Shown here: positions 34,442-43,855 of the stretch, piece by piece | How the letters are laid out: every line of letters starts with the position of its first letter | Position numbering within the stretch: the first letter of the stretch is position 1 | IMG/VR virus record: IMGVR_UViG_3300037067_009382 | Span: 1 to 64,000 of that record | DNA: 64,000 nucleotides | Strand: one strand, 5' to 3' | From: a virus | Taxonomy: Duplodnaviria > Caudoviricetes | Program-made: the position numbers and the translations under genes | Notes under the pieces: model-generated | Told to the model about the DNA's origin: nothing | Databases searched by the model: none | Seen by the model: the letters and a program-made list of their open reading frames with translations, nothing else

Positions 34442-35143
34442 CTACCGCACCGTCTGAATAACGTAGAACGTAAGAGTATACTCTGTGAGTAATCCTTTCC
34501 CACCTTCGCGGATCCAACTGATGGGACCGAGCAGTCCTCGATACGTTACACCATCGTCATCATAGAACTTTGTGAGGAGTATTCCCGTAGCGGGTGTCTC
34601 CCAGTAGTACCAAGACCTAACAGCCTTCTCAAGCGCTAACCTCTCAGCCTCAGTTTGGACGATACCATTTATCTTGATCGTCTCGTTACAGATGCCAAGC
34701 GAGAAGAGGTAGGAGAAAAGTTGAAGATTGCCAAGGCTAACTGCTCCGGGCATGGGTACTTGAGCGGACGTAAGATCGAGCGTGTGCTGCGTACTCTTAA
34801 TCGTCAGCTGAATATTATCACCATGGGAGCTAAGAAGCTCGTTTACAAAGAGACTGCCATATAGCGTAAATTTTTGACCATACCCAAAGTCCTCACCGAA
34901 GAACGCTACCGCTCTGAAGAAGTAGATGACGTTCTTCTCTAATCCCGACACGTAAACCGAGATGGGGCCTGTACCGAAAGCCACCGTCCAGAAGGACTGC
35001 TGATTATACCCTTCGACAAAGCGACTATACTCGAAGTAGACGTAAAGTGCTCCATGGCCTCCCATATCAGTTACATTTGCGAGAAAGTTACAATCCGTTC
35101 CCGTGTAGGCACTGTATCCAGTTGTTACTATCTTTACGGCCAT
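34442..35143 (-). CDS. Tail-tip protein: FnIII-like domain plus Dit-like domain
   Basis: N-terminal VYFEY..SGLE..YFFRAVA; C-terminus aligns with the ORFs at 42270 and 39092. Confidence 0.6.
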   Translation of the reverse strand: MAVKIVTTGYSAYTGTDCNFLANVTDMGGHGALYVYFEYSRFVEGYNQQSFWTVAFGTGPISVYVSGLEKNVIYFFRAVAFFGEDFGYGQKFTLYGSLFVNELLSSHGDNIQLTIKSTQHTLDLTSAQVPMPGAVSLGNLQLFSYLFSLGICNETIKINGIVQTEAERLALEKAVRSWYYWETPATGILLTKFYDDDGVTYRGLLGPISWIREGGKGLLTEYTLTFYVIQTVR

Positions 35144-35152
35144 GAGTGCCTC

Positions 35153-36409
35153 CTATACTGTTATCTGGGGTGTGTACGTTACCATTAGGTTCTCTCCGTC
35201 GGCAAGAGCTATTGCGGGACTTACGGTATCGCGTGCTATACACGCAGAGTACGCATTCGCAACGCTATCCGAGGTCGCATTATAGAATGCGGTATAGGAA
35301 CCATAAAGTCCTACCTCACGAACGTTAATAGTCTCGCCCGAGAGATTGCGAAATATCCTTCCAAGGGTAAATTGAGCGTTCGGATTGGCAACTAGCAATC
35401 CGAAGATATCGCTTCCTCCATACTCCACCTCCGCTTGGCATGTTCCTCTTAATGCGAAATACGGTGTGGAGGTGGTAGTAATGCTAAGGGACACACCTGC
35501 GTCAGTAGAAGTCAATACACAGCACCTCGGATTTGTTAAACTTGATTGATATCTTATCGCCCCATAAACGGATGCTGCTCCGAGAGCGCAACTTATCATA
35601 AAGTGGTAGGGAATACCTGGATGAATGTTGATGGGCGTGGGCAGTGTAAATTCTCTCAACTCGTAAGTTGGACTAGTGGGCAGAGTATCACCATTAGTTG
35701 TTGTTAAACCATTCAAATCGGTTGTACTCTGCTTCCATGATACACTTGAGGAATCATCGTTAAATTTGCCCCTTCGGATGTGGAGTGTCAACGTTCCTGG
35801 ACTTCCTAATCGATACATCAAGAAGCGTACACCCGTAAGGCGAAATCCGCGAGTAGCATAAACGACGCATCCCACCCATGTATTAGCCGCGTTAGTAGTC
35901 ATTGCGCTATTTGAGCCTACCTGATAGTTGTCAAAATCAGCAGCGGCTCCTACGGATGCACCCAGTCCGTGATATATCGGCTGAAGTAATGAGCGTTGCG
36001 TAGGTGAAACGGCTCCACCATCAGCACCAATAACGATTCCAAGATTATCTGAGCGTGCAAAGAGGTGATTCTGTATGACCTGATTCCAGTGTCCACTTGA
36101 TGTAGAGTGAGATGATCCAGCCCACAACTGAGTACCCGATCCTCCGAATTGAACAACCTGCATAGTCGATTTGTGGTTTCGAGTATACTGAGGATATGGA
36201 TAGGATCTTCCCTCGCCGTTAAGAGAAGCGTTAGCAATATCGGCTACAGGATACCTCAAGCTGTAGGGTACGTCAGCCATCATTAAATATAGAAGGTCAA
36301 ATAATCCTTGGGTAAAGCTTCGGCTATAGTCCCTTCGCTTTTCAAGAATACTCCCTCCCACACTCAAACCGTCACACTTCAGTCGGGTAAGCTCAAGCAT
36401 TGTTTTCAT
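35153..36409 (-). CDS. Tail fibre / receptor-binding protein, paralog B2
   Basis: Tail-collar-fibre-like core (GIVIG..G.AV..Q; R.FRNLSG....EVGLY) with an inserted beta domain; paralog of the ORF at 37118. Confidence 0.65.
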   Translation of the reverse strand: MKTMLELTRLKCDGLSVGGSILEKRRDYSRSFTQGLFDLLYLMMADVPYSLRYPVADIANASLNGEGRSYPYPQYTRNHKSTMQVVQFGGSGTQLWAGSSHSTSSGHWNQVIQNHLFARSDNLGIVIGADGGAVSPTQRSLLQPIYHGLGASVGAAADFDNYQVGSNSAMTTNAANTWVGCVVYATRGFRLTGVRFLMYRLGSPGTLTLHIRRGKFNDDSSSVSWKQSTTDLNGLTTTNGDTLPTSPTYELREFTLPTPINIHPGIPYHFMISCALGAASVYGAIRYQSSLTNPRCCVLTSTDAGVSLSITTTSTPYFALRGTCQAEVEYGGSDIFGLLVANPNAQFTLGRIFRNLSGETINVREVGLYGSYTAFYNATSDSVANAYSACIARDTVSPAIALADGENLMVTYTPQITV

Positions 36410-36420
36410 TCAGATCCTCC

Positions 36421-37107
36421 CTAGGCCGTAGCCTGTTGTCGATAGTTTACTGTCAATGTCTCTCCATTGTTAATAGTCACCCCGCCTGCAATAACATCTC
36501 GAATTACAAGGGCGTAAACCGCTGCAGGTCTAGATGAGGTATAGAGAAGCATTATCGGATTCATAAGGGTCACTAGCCCTATCTCGTTGACCGTTATAGC
36601 CCCACCACTTGCGTTCGAGAAGTCCCGAGTGATAGTGAAGTACGAAAGTACGGCTGTAGCAGTGGGAAGACCAAAGGCAACGTTTCCGTATTGAAGTTGA
36701 CCCGCGCCAGTTCCATGGTCAATTTTCGTACCGAGGGCGTAATCGCTAATCGTAGGGGCTGTCGAGTCCGTACCTACTTGAATACCATACAGGGTATCAC
36801 CCGTAAGGGCTGAAGCATCAAAGTTATGATAGTCGTTTGCTATTTCCCACACGACGTTGCTCGTATCACGAACATCAAGAGGCTGTACCTCGGGAAGGCA
36901 ACCCATCTGAACAAAAAGTAATTCTGCAAATTGTCGGGTAAAGCTTTCACCTTTTCGCACACTGTGGTGCTTGACGTTCCCGGCTTTGTCTTTAACAGTT
37001 AGCTCCAGGACAAGTCCTACCTCTCCCTTCTCGAATATAATATTGTCGGGAGTGAGTACCTGAGTATCTCTAAGTTTTAGTTTCACCTCGTGTTTCTTTC
37101 CTTGCAT
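36421..37107 (-). CDS. Tail-tip protein, paralog A2 (DUF3751/tail-collar-fibre-like)
   Basis: VGTDSTAPTISDYAL; TRDFSNASGGAITVNEIGL; paralog of the ORF at 38369. Confidence 0.65.
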   Translation of the reverse strand: MQGKKHEVKLKLRDTQVLTPDNIIFEKGEVGLVLELTVKDKAGNVKHHSVRKGESFTRQFAELLFVQMGCLPEVQPLDVRDTSNVVWEIANDYHNFDASALTGDTLYGIQVGTDSTAPTISDYALGTKIDHGTGAGQLQYGNVAFGLPTATAVLSYFTITRDFSNASGGAITVNEIGLVTLMNPIMLLYTSSRPAAVYALVIRDVIAGGVTINNGETLTVNYRQQATA

Positions 37108-37117
37108 ATGCTTCTCC

Positions 37118-38359
37118 TTATACCGTTATCTGGGGTGTGTACGTTACCAATAGCATTTCGGTGTTACCAAGTGAGATCGCGGGACTAACGAGATCTCGTG
37201 CGAGGCACACAGCATATGGCAGAATTCCACCTTCAGATGCATAGTATGCCTGTCCTACCGCCCCATATAGCCCAATCTCGTTAATAGTAAGGGTGCTACC
37301 ACTCAAATTCCTAAACAATCTTCCAATTGAGAAGGAGGCATTAGGATTCGCCACTGTTAATCCATAAATATCGCATCCTCCGTATTGTACCTCTCCTAGA
37401 GAGGTACCCCTTAGAGCGTAATACATTAAGTTAGTTGCACTATACGAAAGGGTGGCACCACTATCGGCCGAAGAACCATAACATGCCCTTTCGACTTGCC
37501 AACTGGTTGCTACTGTATATGCTGTCGAGTCATATCTCATACCCACATAATTGCTACCATTAGCAGCTGGGGCACCTATCATAATCGCATAGCCCATACC
37601 TGGATGAAGGTCAATCGATGAGGGGAGAGCAAACTCTCTTAACTCATAGGGCGATCCTGTTGGGAGTGTGTTCCCGTCAGAAGTGGTCACACCATTCAGG
37701 TCAGTCGAATTCATCTTCCAGGCAGTAGCACTCAACTTAACAATTCTACGTACGTGCAACTCCATTGTTCCAGGATTATTCAATCGATAGAGAAGAAACC
37801 TCACAGCAGTTAGTCTAAATCCCTTCTTAGGCCAGACACATATACCCCTCCAGAGAATAGAAGAGTTAACGGTAACTGTTGAAGTGTGGTTGGTCCAGTT
37901 ATCGAAATCCTGCGCGACACTTATCGCCCCATCCATCCCATGAAATATTTGTTGCTCTATATAACGTTGATTTGGTGCAACCGCCCCCGTACCTGATCCA
38001 ATGACTATTCCATAGGAATCACAGGGTAGAAAGTGTTCGGGTTGACATGCCTGATCCCTTCTTCCCGATGAGGAACTCTCGTAAGAACCGAGCCAAATTA
38101 TCTGACCGGAACATCCGGGACCGCCTACCTGAAGGCCTGAGTGCATATAATTTGTATAGGACGCATCGCGTCCATAGTCAATATTGACCAAAGCTCCAGT
38201 AATATCTTCAGTTACATAGGGATATGTATAGTCTCTTACAGCTGATTCTACATACATCTGGTCAAATAGTCCCTGAGTAAAGCTCTTGCTGTACGCCTTT
38301 CGTTTTTCAAGAAGGCTTCCCCCAGCCCTCATTCGGGAGATTTCAACTAGTGTCCTCAT
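37118..38359 (-). CDS. Tail fibre / receptor-binding protein, paralog B1
   Basis: Aligns end to end with the ORF at 35153; both end TYTPQITV. Confidence 0.65.
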   Translation of the reverse strand: MRTLVEISRMRAGGSLLEKRKAYSKSFTQGLFDQMYVESAVRDYTYPYVTEDITGALVNIDYGRDASYTNYMHSGLQVGGPGCSGQIIWLGSYESSSSGRRDQACQPEHFLPCDSYGIVIGSGTGAVAPNQRYIEQQIFHGMDGAISVAQDFDNWTNHTSTVTVNSSILWRGICVWPKKGFRLTAVRFLLYRLNNPGTMELHVRRIVKLSATAWKMNSTDLNGVTTSDGNTLPTGSPYELREFALPSSIDLHPGMGYAIMIGAPAANGSNYVGMRYDSTAYTVATSWQVERACYGSSADSGATLSYSATNLMYYALRGTSLGEVQYGGCDIYGLTVANPNASFSIGRLFRNLSGSTLTINEIGLYGAVGQAYYASEGGILPYAVCLARDLVSPAISLGNTEMLLVTYTPQITV

Positions 38360-38368
38360 TTATGCCTC

Positions 38369-39067
38369 CTAAACGGTCGCTTGCTGGCGATAGTTTACCG
38401 TTAATGTTTCTCCATCGTCAACGGTAATGCCTCCACCAATTACATCACGAATTGTGAGAATAAAAACATTATTAGGTCGCGTATTGCTAAATACTTGATT
38501 GGTTGGGTGCATATCTACGGCTAGTCCTATCTCGTTGACTACGATAGATCCACCACTTGCGTTCGAGAAGTCTCGAGTAACGGTAAAATATGAGAGTACC
38601 GCGGTAGCTGTAGGAAGGCCAAACGCAACAGCACCATATTGAAGTTGACCCGCACCGGTTCCGTGGGTAATTAGGGTTTCCATCGCGTAGTCGTTAATTG
38701 TAGGTGCTGTTGTACCAGTGCCAACTAGAATACCATAGTATGTGGCACCCACTGCTGCTGGACATCGAAATGCGTGCACACTCATAGCATAACCGCGCTC
38801 TACACCATCAGTACAGATAGCATAGTGGGGTCTCATCGTGACAACGCCACCCATCTGGACGAAAAGTGTATCGATAAAGCCCCTCACGAAGCTTTCACCT
38901 CTTCGTACACTGTGATGCTTGACGTTTCCCGCTTTATCCTTTACGGTTAGCTCGAGAACAAGCCCCACCTCTCCTTCCTTAAATACGATCTGGTCGGGAT
39001 CAAATACCTTCGTATCCTGTCCCTTCAGATTGATAACGTTCTTTCCAACGGCTCTCTTATCTGTCAT
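38369..39067 (-). CDS. Tail-tip protein, paralog A1
   Basis: Shares long identical blocks with the ORF at 36421 (GEVGLVLELTVKDKAGNVKHHSVR; HGTGAGQLQYG). Confidence 0.65.
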   Translation of the reverse strand: MTDKRAVGKNVINLKGQDTKVFDPDQIVFKEGEVGLVLELTVKDKAGNVKHHSVRRGESFVRGFIDTLFVQMGGVVTMRPHYAICTDGVERGYAMSVHAFRCPAAVGATYYGILVGTGTTAPTINDYAMETLITHGTGAGQLQYGAVAFGLPTATAVLSYFTVTRDFSNASGGSIVVNEIGLAVDMHPTNQVFSNTRPNNVFILTIRDVIGGGITVDDGETLTVNYRQQATV

Positions 39068-39091
39068 TCCGAGCCTCCTTACTATATTATA

Positions 39092-40981
39092 CTACGGATA
39101 CAGGAATCCGGCACGAATGTATGTTGCCCATGGCGGAGAGTAACCAGCGCCAGTATCGGTTATTCGCGCCCGAATAGGATAACCTGTCAATCCCGCCACA
39201 GTTACGGTAGTCCATCCTGCCTGAGGAGTATGCCAAACTTCATTCGGTCCGAAGTTCCTAAACCCATCGGTTCCATCAACTAAATCAACACAGGATTGCC
39301 AAGCGCCATCATAATATTCCCACTCGAGTACGAATGTTCCGGTTGCCACTACTCCCACATCGACCTTTAGAAAATCGTAAGGGCGCTCATATAAGAAGTA
39401 AAACGCATCATTTACGTTTAATCCTGCAGAGGGCAGAATCTCGACATCATTATCGGTATACCAAATCTCGAACATATAATCTGAGCCTGTAGCGGTCGAC
39501 CATGTAGTACCACTGTTAGAGGAATACTCACGATTGCCTCCGGCATAGGTGGGTGACGAATCATCCCTCCTCCAATAGAAGGATGAGGCCGTAGGAGAGT
39601 AAATGATCAATGCGTACTTAGTGCCTGAAGTAAGAGCCAACTCAGCCCCAAAATCGAACATATGCCAAGCAAATCCGCTAGTGGGGATCCAGTTAATAGG
39701 ATCCATGGAGTCGGATGGATTGATTGTGACTTCAATCAAATTAGCCCCCGTAGGGTGTCCTACTCCATCGGTCGCACGAATTGCAACAGTAACGGATGTT
39801 GTAGCGTTTCTTCTTTGCAATCGAAGCTTAACTGCCCTCAGCGGAATATTTGCTGAGGGAGTGAATGTTTGCCCTTCCCAAACCGCAGCTCCCACACTTG
39901 CACTAACATCATCGCCAGCGATATAATATTGATCGACTAGATACTCAGTAATTGCTTCGGCCGTATAATCGTATAGCAACCCAGCGATATCTAGCACGGC
40001 ACCATCTAGGCAACCTATAATTGTTGCTAGTCGATCGAATGGTGCAGTAACGGATGCGTCGTGATCGGCCGCATATGGTGCATCCTCTGAGTGGGTTCTG
40101 TCAATGTCTGGATTCAGAACGTTAAACCAATCTGGGTTAACTAGTCCAGTGTTATCGAGTTGCAAACCATAATCGGTCTCAAGTTGCCCCGGTAGATCGG
40201 CTGAGTAATCGGGTGTAAACTTTGTGTGGGTATGTGTGGAGTAAATTTCACATATCGTTGAGCCCCTGATCAGTGCTATGCCCGTTGCAGCCTCGACCAG
40301 TACAATATCAATTTCCTGATCGGGTATAAACTTCTCGACCACATCACTCAGTCCAAGAAATTTATACAGATTCTTAAACCACTCCGGATGCTCATCCATA
40401 TCCACTGCATCGGTATATCCCAGATTTCGATCGGGTAAGGGTATCTTTTTGTAGCACCAGATAACATCGACGATGGATGTAATGCTTTCATCGAAAACGT
40501 AAAAATCTACGCGATAGAAATATGCACCAGGTGTCTCTCCTTCCTGGGTAATGTCGAGAGGACCGAAGATGCCCGTCCAGGTATAACCTCGATCGTCAAC
40601 AATATGTATGGGATTTATGCTTCCCGAGGGTGTTTTATAGTAGTACCAACTCTTAACAGCGATCTCCAGGTTTCGTCTATCAGCCTCGGAGTATACGTAT
40701 CCCTGAAACCTTATGACTTCCTTACACTGCCCCAGCGAAAGCAGAAAGGAGAACGTATTTAGATAACCGGCGGAGATGGCCGAAGGCAGTGGTATCTGGG
40801 TCGACATCAACTGGATCTCATGAGTCATTTGCACGTTCCAGAGTGCTAGGGTCATCGGAATGGGTGTATAAGGATTGGTGATTACGATTCCACCAGGCTC
40901 TAACTCGGAATAGCAGACGACCTTACGCGGATTGGTAGTTTCAATCAGTCGCGCTTCTTGAATTACAAGAGGATCGGCCAT
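39092..40981 (-). CDS. Large tail-tip protein with a Dit-like domain and a choice-of-anchor-R-like beta domain
   Basis: Residues ~50-165 align with the Dit-like domain; QTFTP..L.AVKL.L..GT.YA..Y.GG..YSS.SGTTW domain. Confidence 0.6.
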   Translation of the reverse strand: MADPLVIQEARLIETTNPRKVVCYSELEPGGIVITNPYTPIPMTLALWNVQMTHEIQLMSTQIPLPSAISAGYLNTFSFLLSLGQCKEVIRFQGYVYSEADRRNLEIAVKSWYYYKTPSGSINPIHIVDDRGYTWTGIFGPLDITQEGETPGAYFYRVDFYVFDESITSIVDVIWCYKKIPLPDRNLGYTDAVDMDEHPEWFKNLYKFLGLSDVVEKFIPDQEIDIVLVEAATGIALIRGSTICEIYSTHTHTKFTPDYSADLPGQLETDYGLQLDNTGLVNPDWFNVLNPDIDRTHSEDAPYAADHDASVTAPFDRLATIIGCLDGAVLDIAGLLYDYTAEAITEYLVDQYYIAGDDVSASVGAAVWEGQTFTPSANIPLRAVKLRLQRRNATTSVTVAIRATDGVGHPTGANLIEVTINPSDSMDPINWIPTSGFAWHMFDFGAELALTSGTKYALIIYSPTASSFYWRRDDSSPTYAGGNREYSSNSGTTWSTATGSDYMFEIWYTDNDVEILPSAGLNVNDAFYFLYERPYDFLKVDVGVVATGTFVLEWEYYDGAWQSCVDLVDGTDGFRNFGPNEVWHTPQAGWTTVTVAGLTGYPIRARITDTGAGYSPPWATYIRAGFLYP

Positions 40982-40989
40982 ACTATCTC

Positions 40990-42273
40990 CTACGGAGCAT
41001 ATAATCCCCAGCTCACGTATCTAACTGATTTCTCGAGTTTCCTCATCCGAGTACTGTAATCCAGAGGATCTTCCTTCGCAACGCCATAGACAGCGCTTGC
41101 GGCTGCACCCTTCTCGATTACCTGAAGAGTTGCAACACCACTTGGCTCTCGGTAGCTAATACTCAGCACTAGGAAGTCACCAGTAATTCCCGCTTCGGGA
41201 ATCGTTATGCTCACCATGTGGCCCGCTCGAAGTGAATAGTATCTCCCACCACTAAAGTACGTGGGAAAGAATTGAACGCTTACCGTTCCACGTAAAGGAA
41301 CGTTGCGTGCCTTTGCAAGCTCACCCACTCCTCTCGTCCAAGCCTCGTCTACGGAAGCAATTGAGGGATCCTCTAAAATCGTTTCCTTAACGCACGAGTG
41401 TAGTGATTGATTAAGCAAATCCTCAACCTCAGCGACAGGAACGTCAATCGAGAGTTGTGTACTACGTACGATACATAAATTCTTATGCTCAACAGCATAG
41501 CCAGAGAATCGATAGTCGGGCATGATAGGAAGAACATTTACGGATGCACCAGGTGAAGCACCGTAATGTAAGTGCAAAATTGAGGGCAGGCTATAGCGTG
41601 GGAAGTACCACATGGAAGGTCTTCCGGCTGGATCTAATGGACTGCCATCATCTACGAAAAAGTCAAAGCCGGTCAATTCCGTTCCTGTATACGGGCCAAC
41701 AGTCTGTGGATCTTCTGCAGCAAGATCCTCTATTGCCTGAAGAGCTGTTATGCTCGAGCCTTCATAATTTCGTCCTGCGTATCCACCTACGTCAGGAAAT
41801 GGTACTACGCTGTGTTGGAAGTTCGCTGTAAAGTGATTCACGTCGGCATAGTCGTCGGCATAGTTAGCGATAATCCTAGCGAGTAGTGATCTCGAGTAGA
41901 CAGGTACTGCCCCATATGCGAGTCTCCTGTCGGAGTACTCATAGCGATCAGCTACGATATGTAAATAGTCCCTGGTAGAGAGTTTCATAATTTGTCCGTA
42001 CGAATCTTCCCAATCCTCCTCCCTTACGTCAATTCTTCCCAGGAACACGACAGAGTTCGAAATTGGTTCAACAAGCCTGATCCTTTGGAAATCGCTATAT
42101 ACACCCGAACGACTTCGTGCTGGATTTGAGATGACAAAGTTAGTGGATCGACATCGAGCCGTAATCTTGTCAGTATACTCGAGCTCGAGCTTGCCAAAGT
42201 CGTCTCTCCATATGTCCGAGCGATAGGCACCATATTCATATTGAAGCTTAAGGCCTGCAGTAATATCCGTCAT
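40990..42273 (-). CDS. Tail hub / Tal-like protein
   Basis: Follows Dit; VFLGRI, GFDFFVD, C-terminal LRAGHMV....GDFLVLSISY hub pattern. Confidence 0.6.
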   Translation of the reverse strand: MTDITAGLKLQYEYGAYRSDIWRDDFGKLELEYTDKITARCRSTNFVISNPARSRSGVYSDFQRIRLVEPISNSVVFLGRIDVREEDWEDSYGQIMKLSTRDYLHIVADRYEYSDRRLAYGAVPVYSRSLLARIIANYADDYADVNHFTANFQHSVVPFPDVGGYAGRNYEGSSITALQAIEDLAAEDPQTVGPYTGTELTGFDFFVDDGSPLDPAGRPSMWYFPRYSLPSILHLHYGASPGASVNVLPIMPDYRFSGYAVEHKNLCIVRSTQLSIDVPVAEVEDLLNQSLHSCVKETILEDPSIASVDEAWTRGVGELAKARNVPLRGTVSVQFFPTYFSGGRYYSLRAGHMVSITIPEAGITGDFLVLSISYREPSGVATLQVIEKGAAASAVYGVAKEDPLDYSTRMRKLEKSVRYVSWGLYAP

Positions 42274-42734
42274 ACTGGTATCACCAATCCTGTCCTTTCT
42301 CGGGCCATGAACTTAATCATATAATCGACCCAGTCATCTTGCCCGGCTGTTCTGTCAAATCTTATGTACGCAAGTACGCCCGTAAACGTGATGGTATCGT
42401 CGATTGACAGAACTGTCCAATCACGCTGCCATCCAGTTTTTGCTGAATCGACCCACCACTTTCGTACTGCCTCGGCTAATTCATATTTGGTTGGCTCATA
42501 TAAACTTGCACGATCGCTAAATTTTAGGCGTCCCCAAATGACAATGATCTCTGAGAGACCACCAAAGTCGAGTGCGAGCCTTCTCGGAGTACCATCCGCA
42601 ATATCTCCTGGAAGAGGTGTTACGATAGTGGACTTGTTCATTTGGTGATTCCACTTATTCGCACGCAGGTAATACTTCGTGTTAGGTGTAACTCCTCTCT
42701 CAATTGTTACCGATAGATCAGTAGCGCTAGCCAA
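42270..42734 (-). CDS. Distal tail protein (Dit-like)
   Basis: Directly after the tape measure; P.PG..LALDFG...I.I.G pattern. Confidence 0.6.
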   Translation of the reverse strand: MASATDLSVTIERGVTPNTKYYLRANKWNHQMNKSTIVTPLPGDIADGTPRRLALDFGGLSEIIVIWGRLKFSDRASLYEPTKYELAEAVRKWWVDSAKTGWQRDWTVLSIDDTITFTGVLAYIRFDRTAGQDDWVDYMIKFMARERTGLVIPV

Positions 42735-43842
42735 TCAATTGCCTCCGTGTCATGTCCCTCGTAGCCTTCTCCATCATGGGAGAGAACTCTTCAGGACGTA
42801 TGCGTTGTACTGTCTCCACTGAGAAGTTGTTCGTCTGGTTAATCATCATGGAGCTCCCACCATTTCCACCACTCGGATTAACGACTGATACCTTTCCAAT
42901 TGCTACCCTGTGAGCCGAAATCTGGTCGATCATCGAGGGTGAATGCTCCTCAGTCAACTTGTTATACAGGAAAGGCCCTAGCCATCCAGCTAGTGCTCCT
43001 ATACCAGCACCGATTGCAGTACCAATTCCGGGAGCGATCATTGAACCAATTATGCCACCCATCCAGGCACCACCACCGATTGACATTCCAAATCCTAGAC
43101 CCTTCTCGAGTCCACCAGCGGATTTATCCGTAGCCATTAGAGCACCACCAGCTGCAAGTCCCACAGGCCCAGCAAACTTTCCTACGGTTCCTAGAACGCC
43201 TCCTGCCTTTCCTAACATTCCACCCAGTAGGGGTAATCCAGCACCTTTCGTAAGTAGCTTTCCGAGTAATCCAGCACCACCAGCTGCAAGAGCCGCGGTT
43301 AACATTGGGCCTGCAATATTTGCTCCACCAGCTCCAGCCGTACCTCCAAAGAAGGCACTTAAGCCTCCTGCGAGACCTCCTTCCTGGAAGCCTTGTACAA
43401 CTCCTTGAATCCAGACGGCGAGTTGCTGAATGACTGGAAAGAGTTGCATTAAGAACATCATGATTAGGTTAAAAATTGGCGTAAGTGGGGCGAGCAACAT
43501 ATCAATTGCCGCTCCGAATATCTTACCCATAGCCCCAAGATAGGCATTAGCGATGGACGATTGACGGACGAGCGCACCAATACCTACCAAGGCCAGTAAG
43601 GGCTTCATGAGAGACTTAAAAGAAGCACCAGCTTCTACCTGACGCGCTTTAGGATCGGTCGAACCAGAAGGCAATCTACCAGCAGTAGTTGGAGCGGGCG
43701 GAACACCTCTTCCTCCAGCAGTAGTCGGAGCTGGTGGAGGTACCCTTGTTCCTTCCATTTGCCGTTTTAAGTCATCGGCATCGACTGTAAACTTAACTCG
43801 GACTTCCTGTACTCCTGAAGATCCACCTGGTCCCATTACCAT
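42727..43842 (-). CDS. Tape measure protein (short, 371 aa)
   Basis: Follows the G/GT chaperones; VKFTVDA N-terminus, amphipathic LLAPL helices, Gly-rich TM-like segments. Confidence 0.7.
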   Translation of the reverse strand: MVMGPGGSSGVQEVRVKFTVDADDLKRQMEGTRVPPPAPTTAGGRGVPPAPTTAGRLPSGSTDPKARQVEAGASFKSLMKPLLALVGIGALVRQSSIANAYLGAMGKIFGAAIDMLLAPLTPIFNLIMMFLMQLFPVIQQLAVWIQGVVQGFQEGGLAGGLSAFFGGTAGAGGANIAGPMLTAALAAGGAGLLGKLLTKGAGLPLLGGMLGKAGGVLGTVGKFAGPVGLAAGGALMATDKSAGGLEKGLGFGMSIGGGAWMGGIIGSMIAPGIGTAIGAGIGALAGWLGPFLYNKLTEEHSPSMIDQISAHRVAIGKVSVVNPSGGNGGSSMMINQTNNFSVETVQRIRPEEFSPMMEKATRDMTRRQLIG

Positions 43843-43855
43843 CTTTGCACCTCTC

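Noticed and set aside
35153-39067. Possible DGR or shufflon in the duplicated fibre cassette
   Set aside because: No reverse transcriptase or invertase in the window, copies are in direct orientation, and differences are not adenine-specific.
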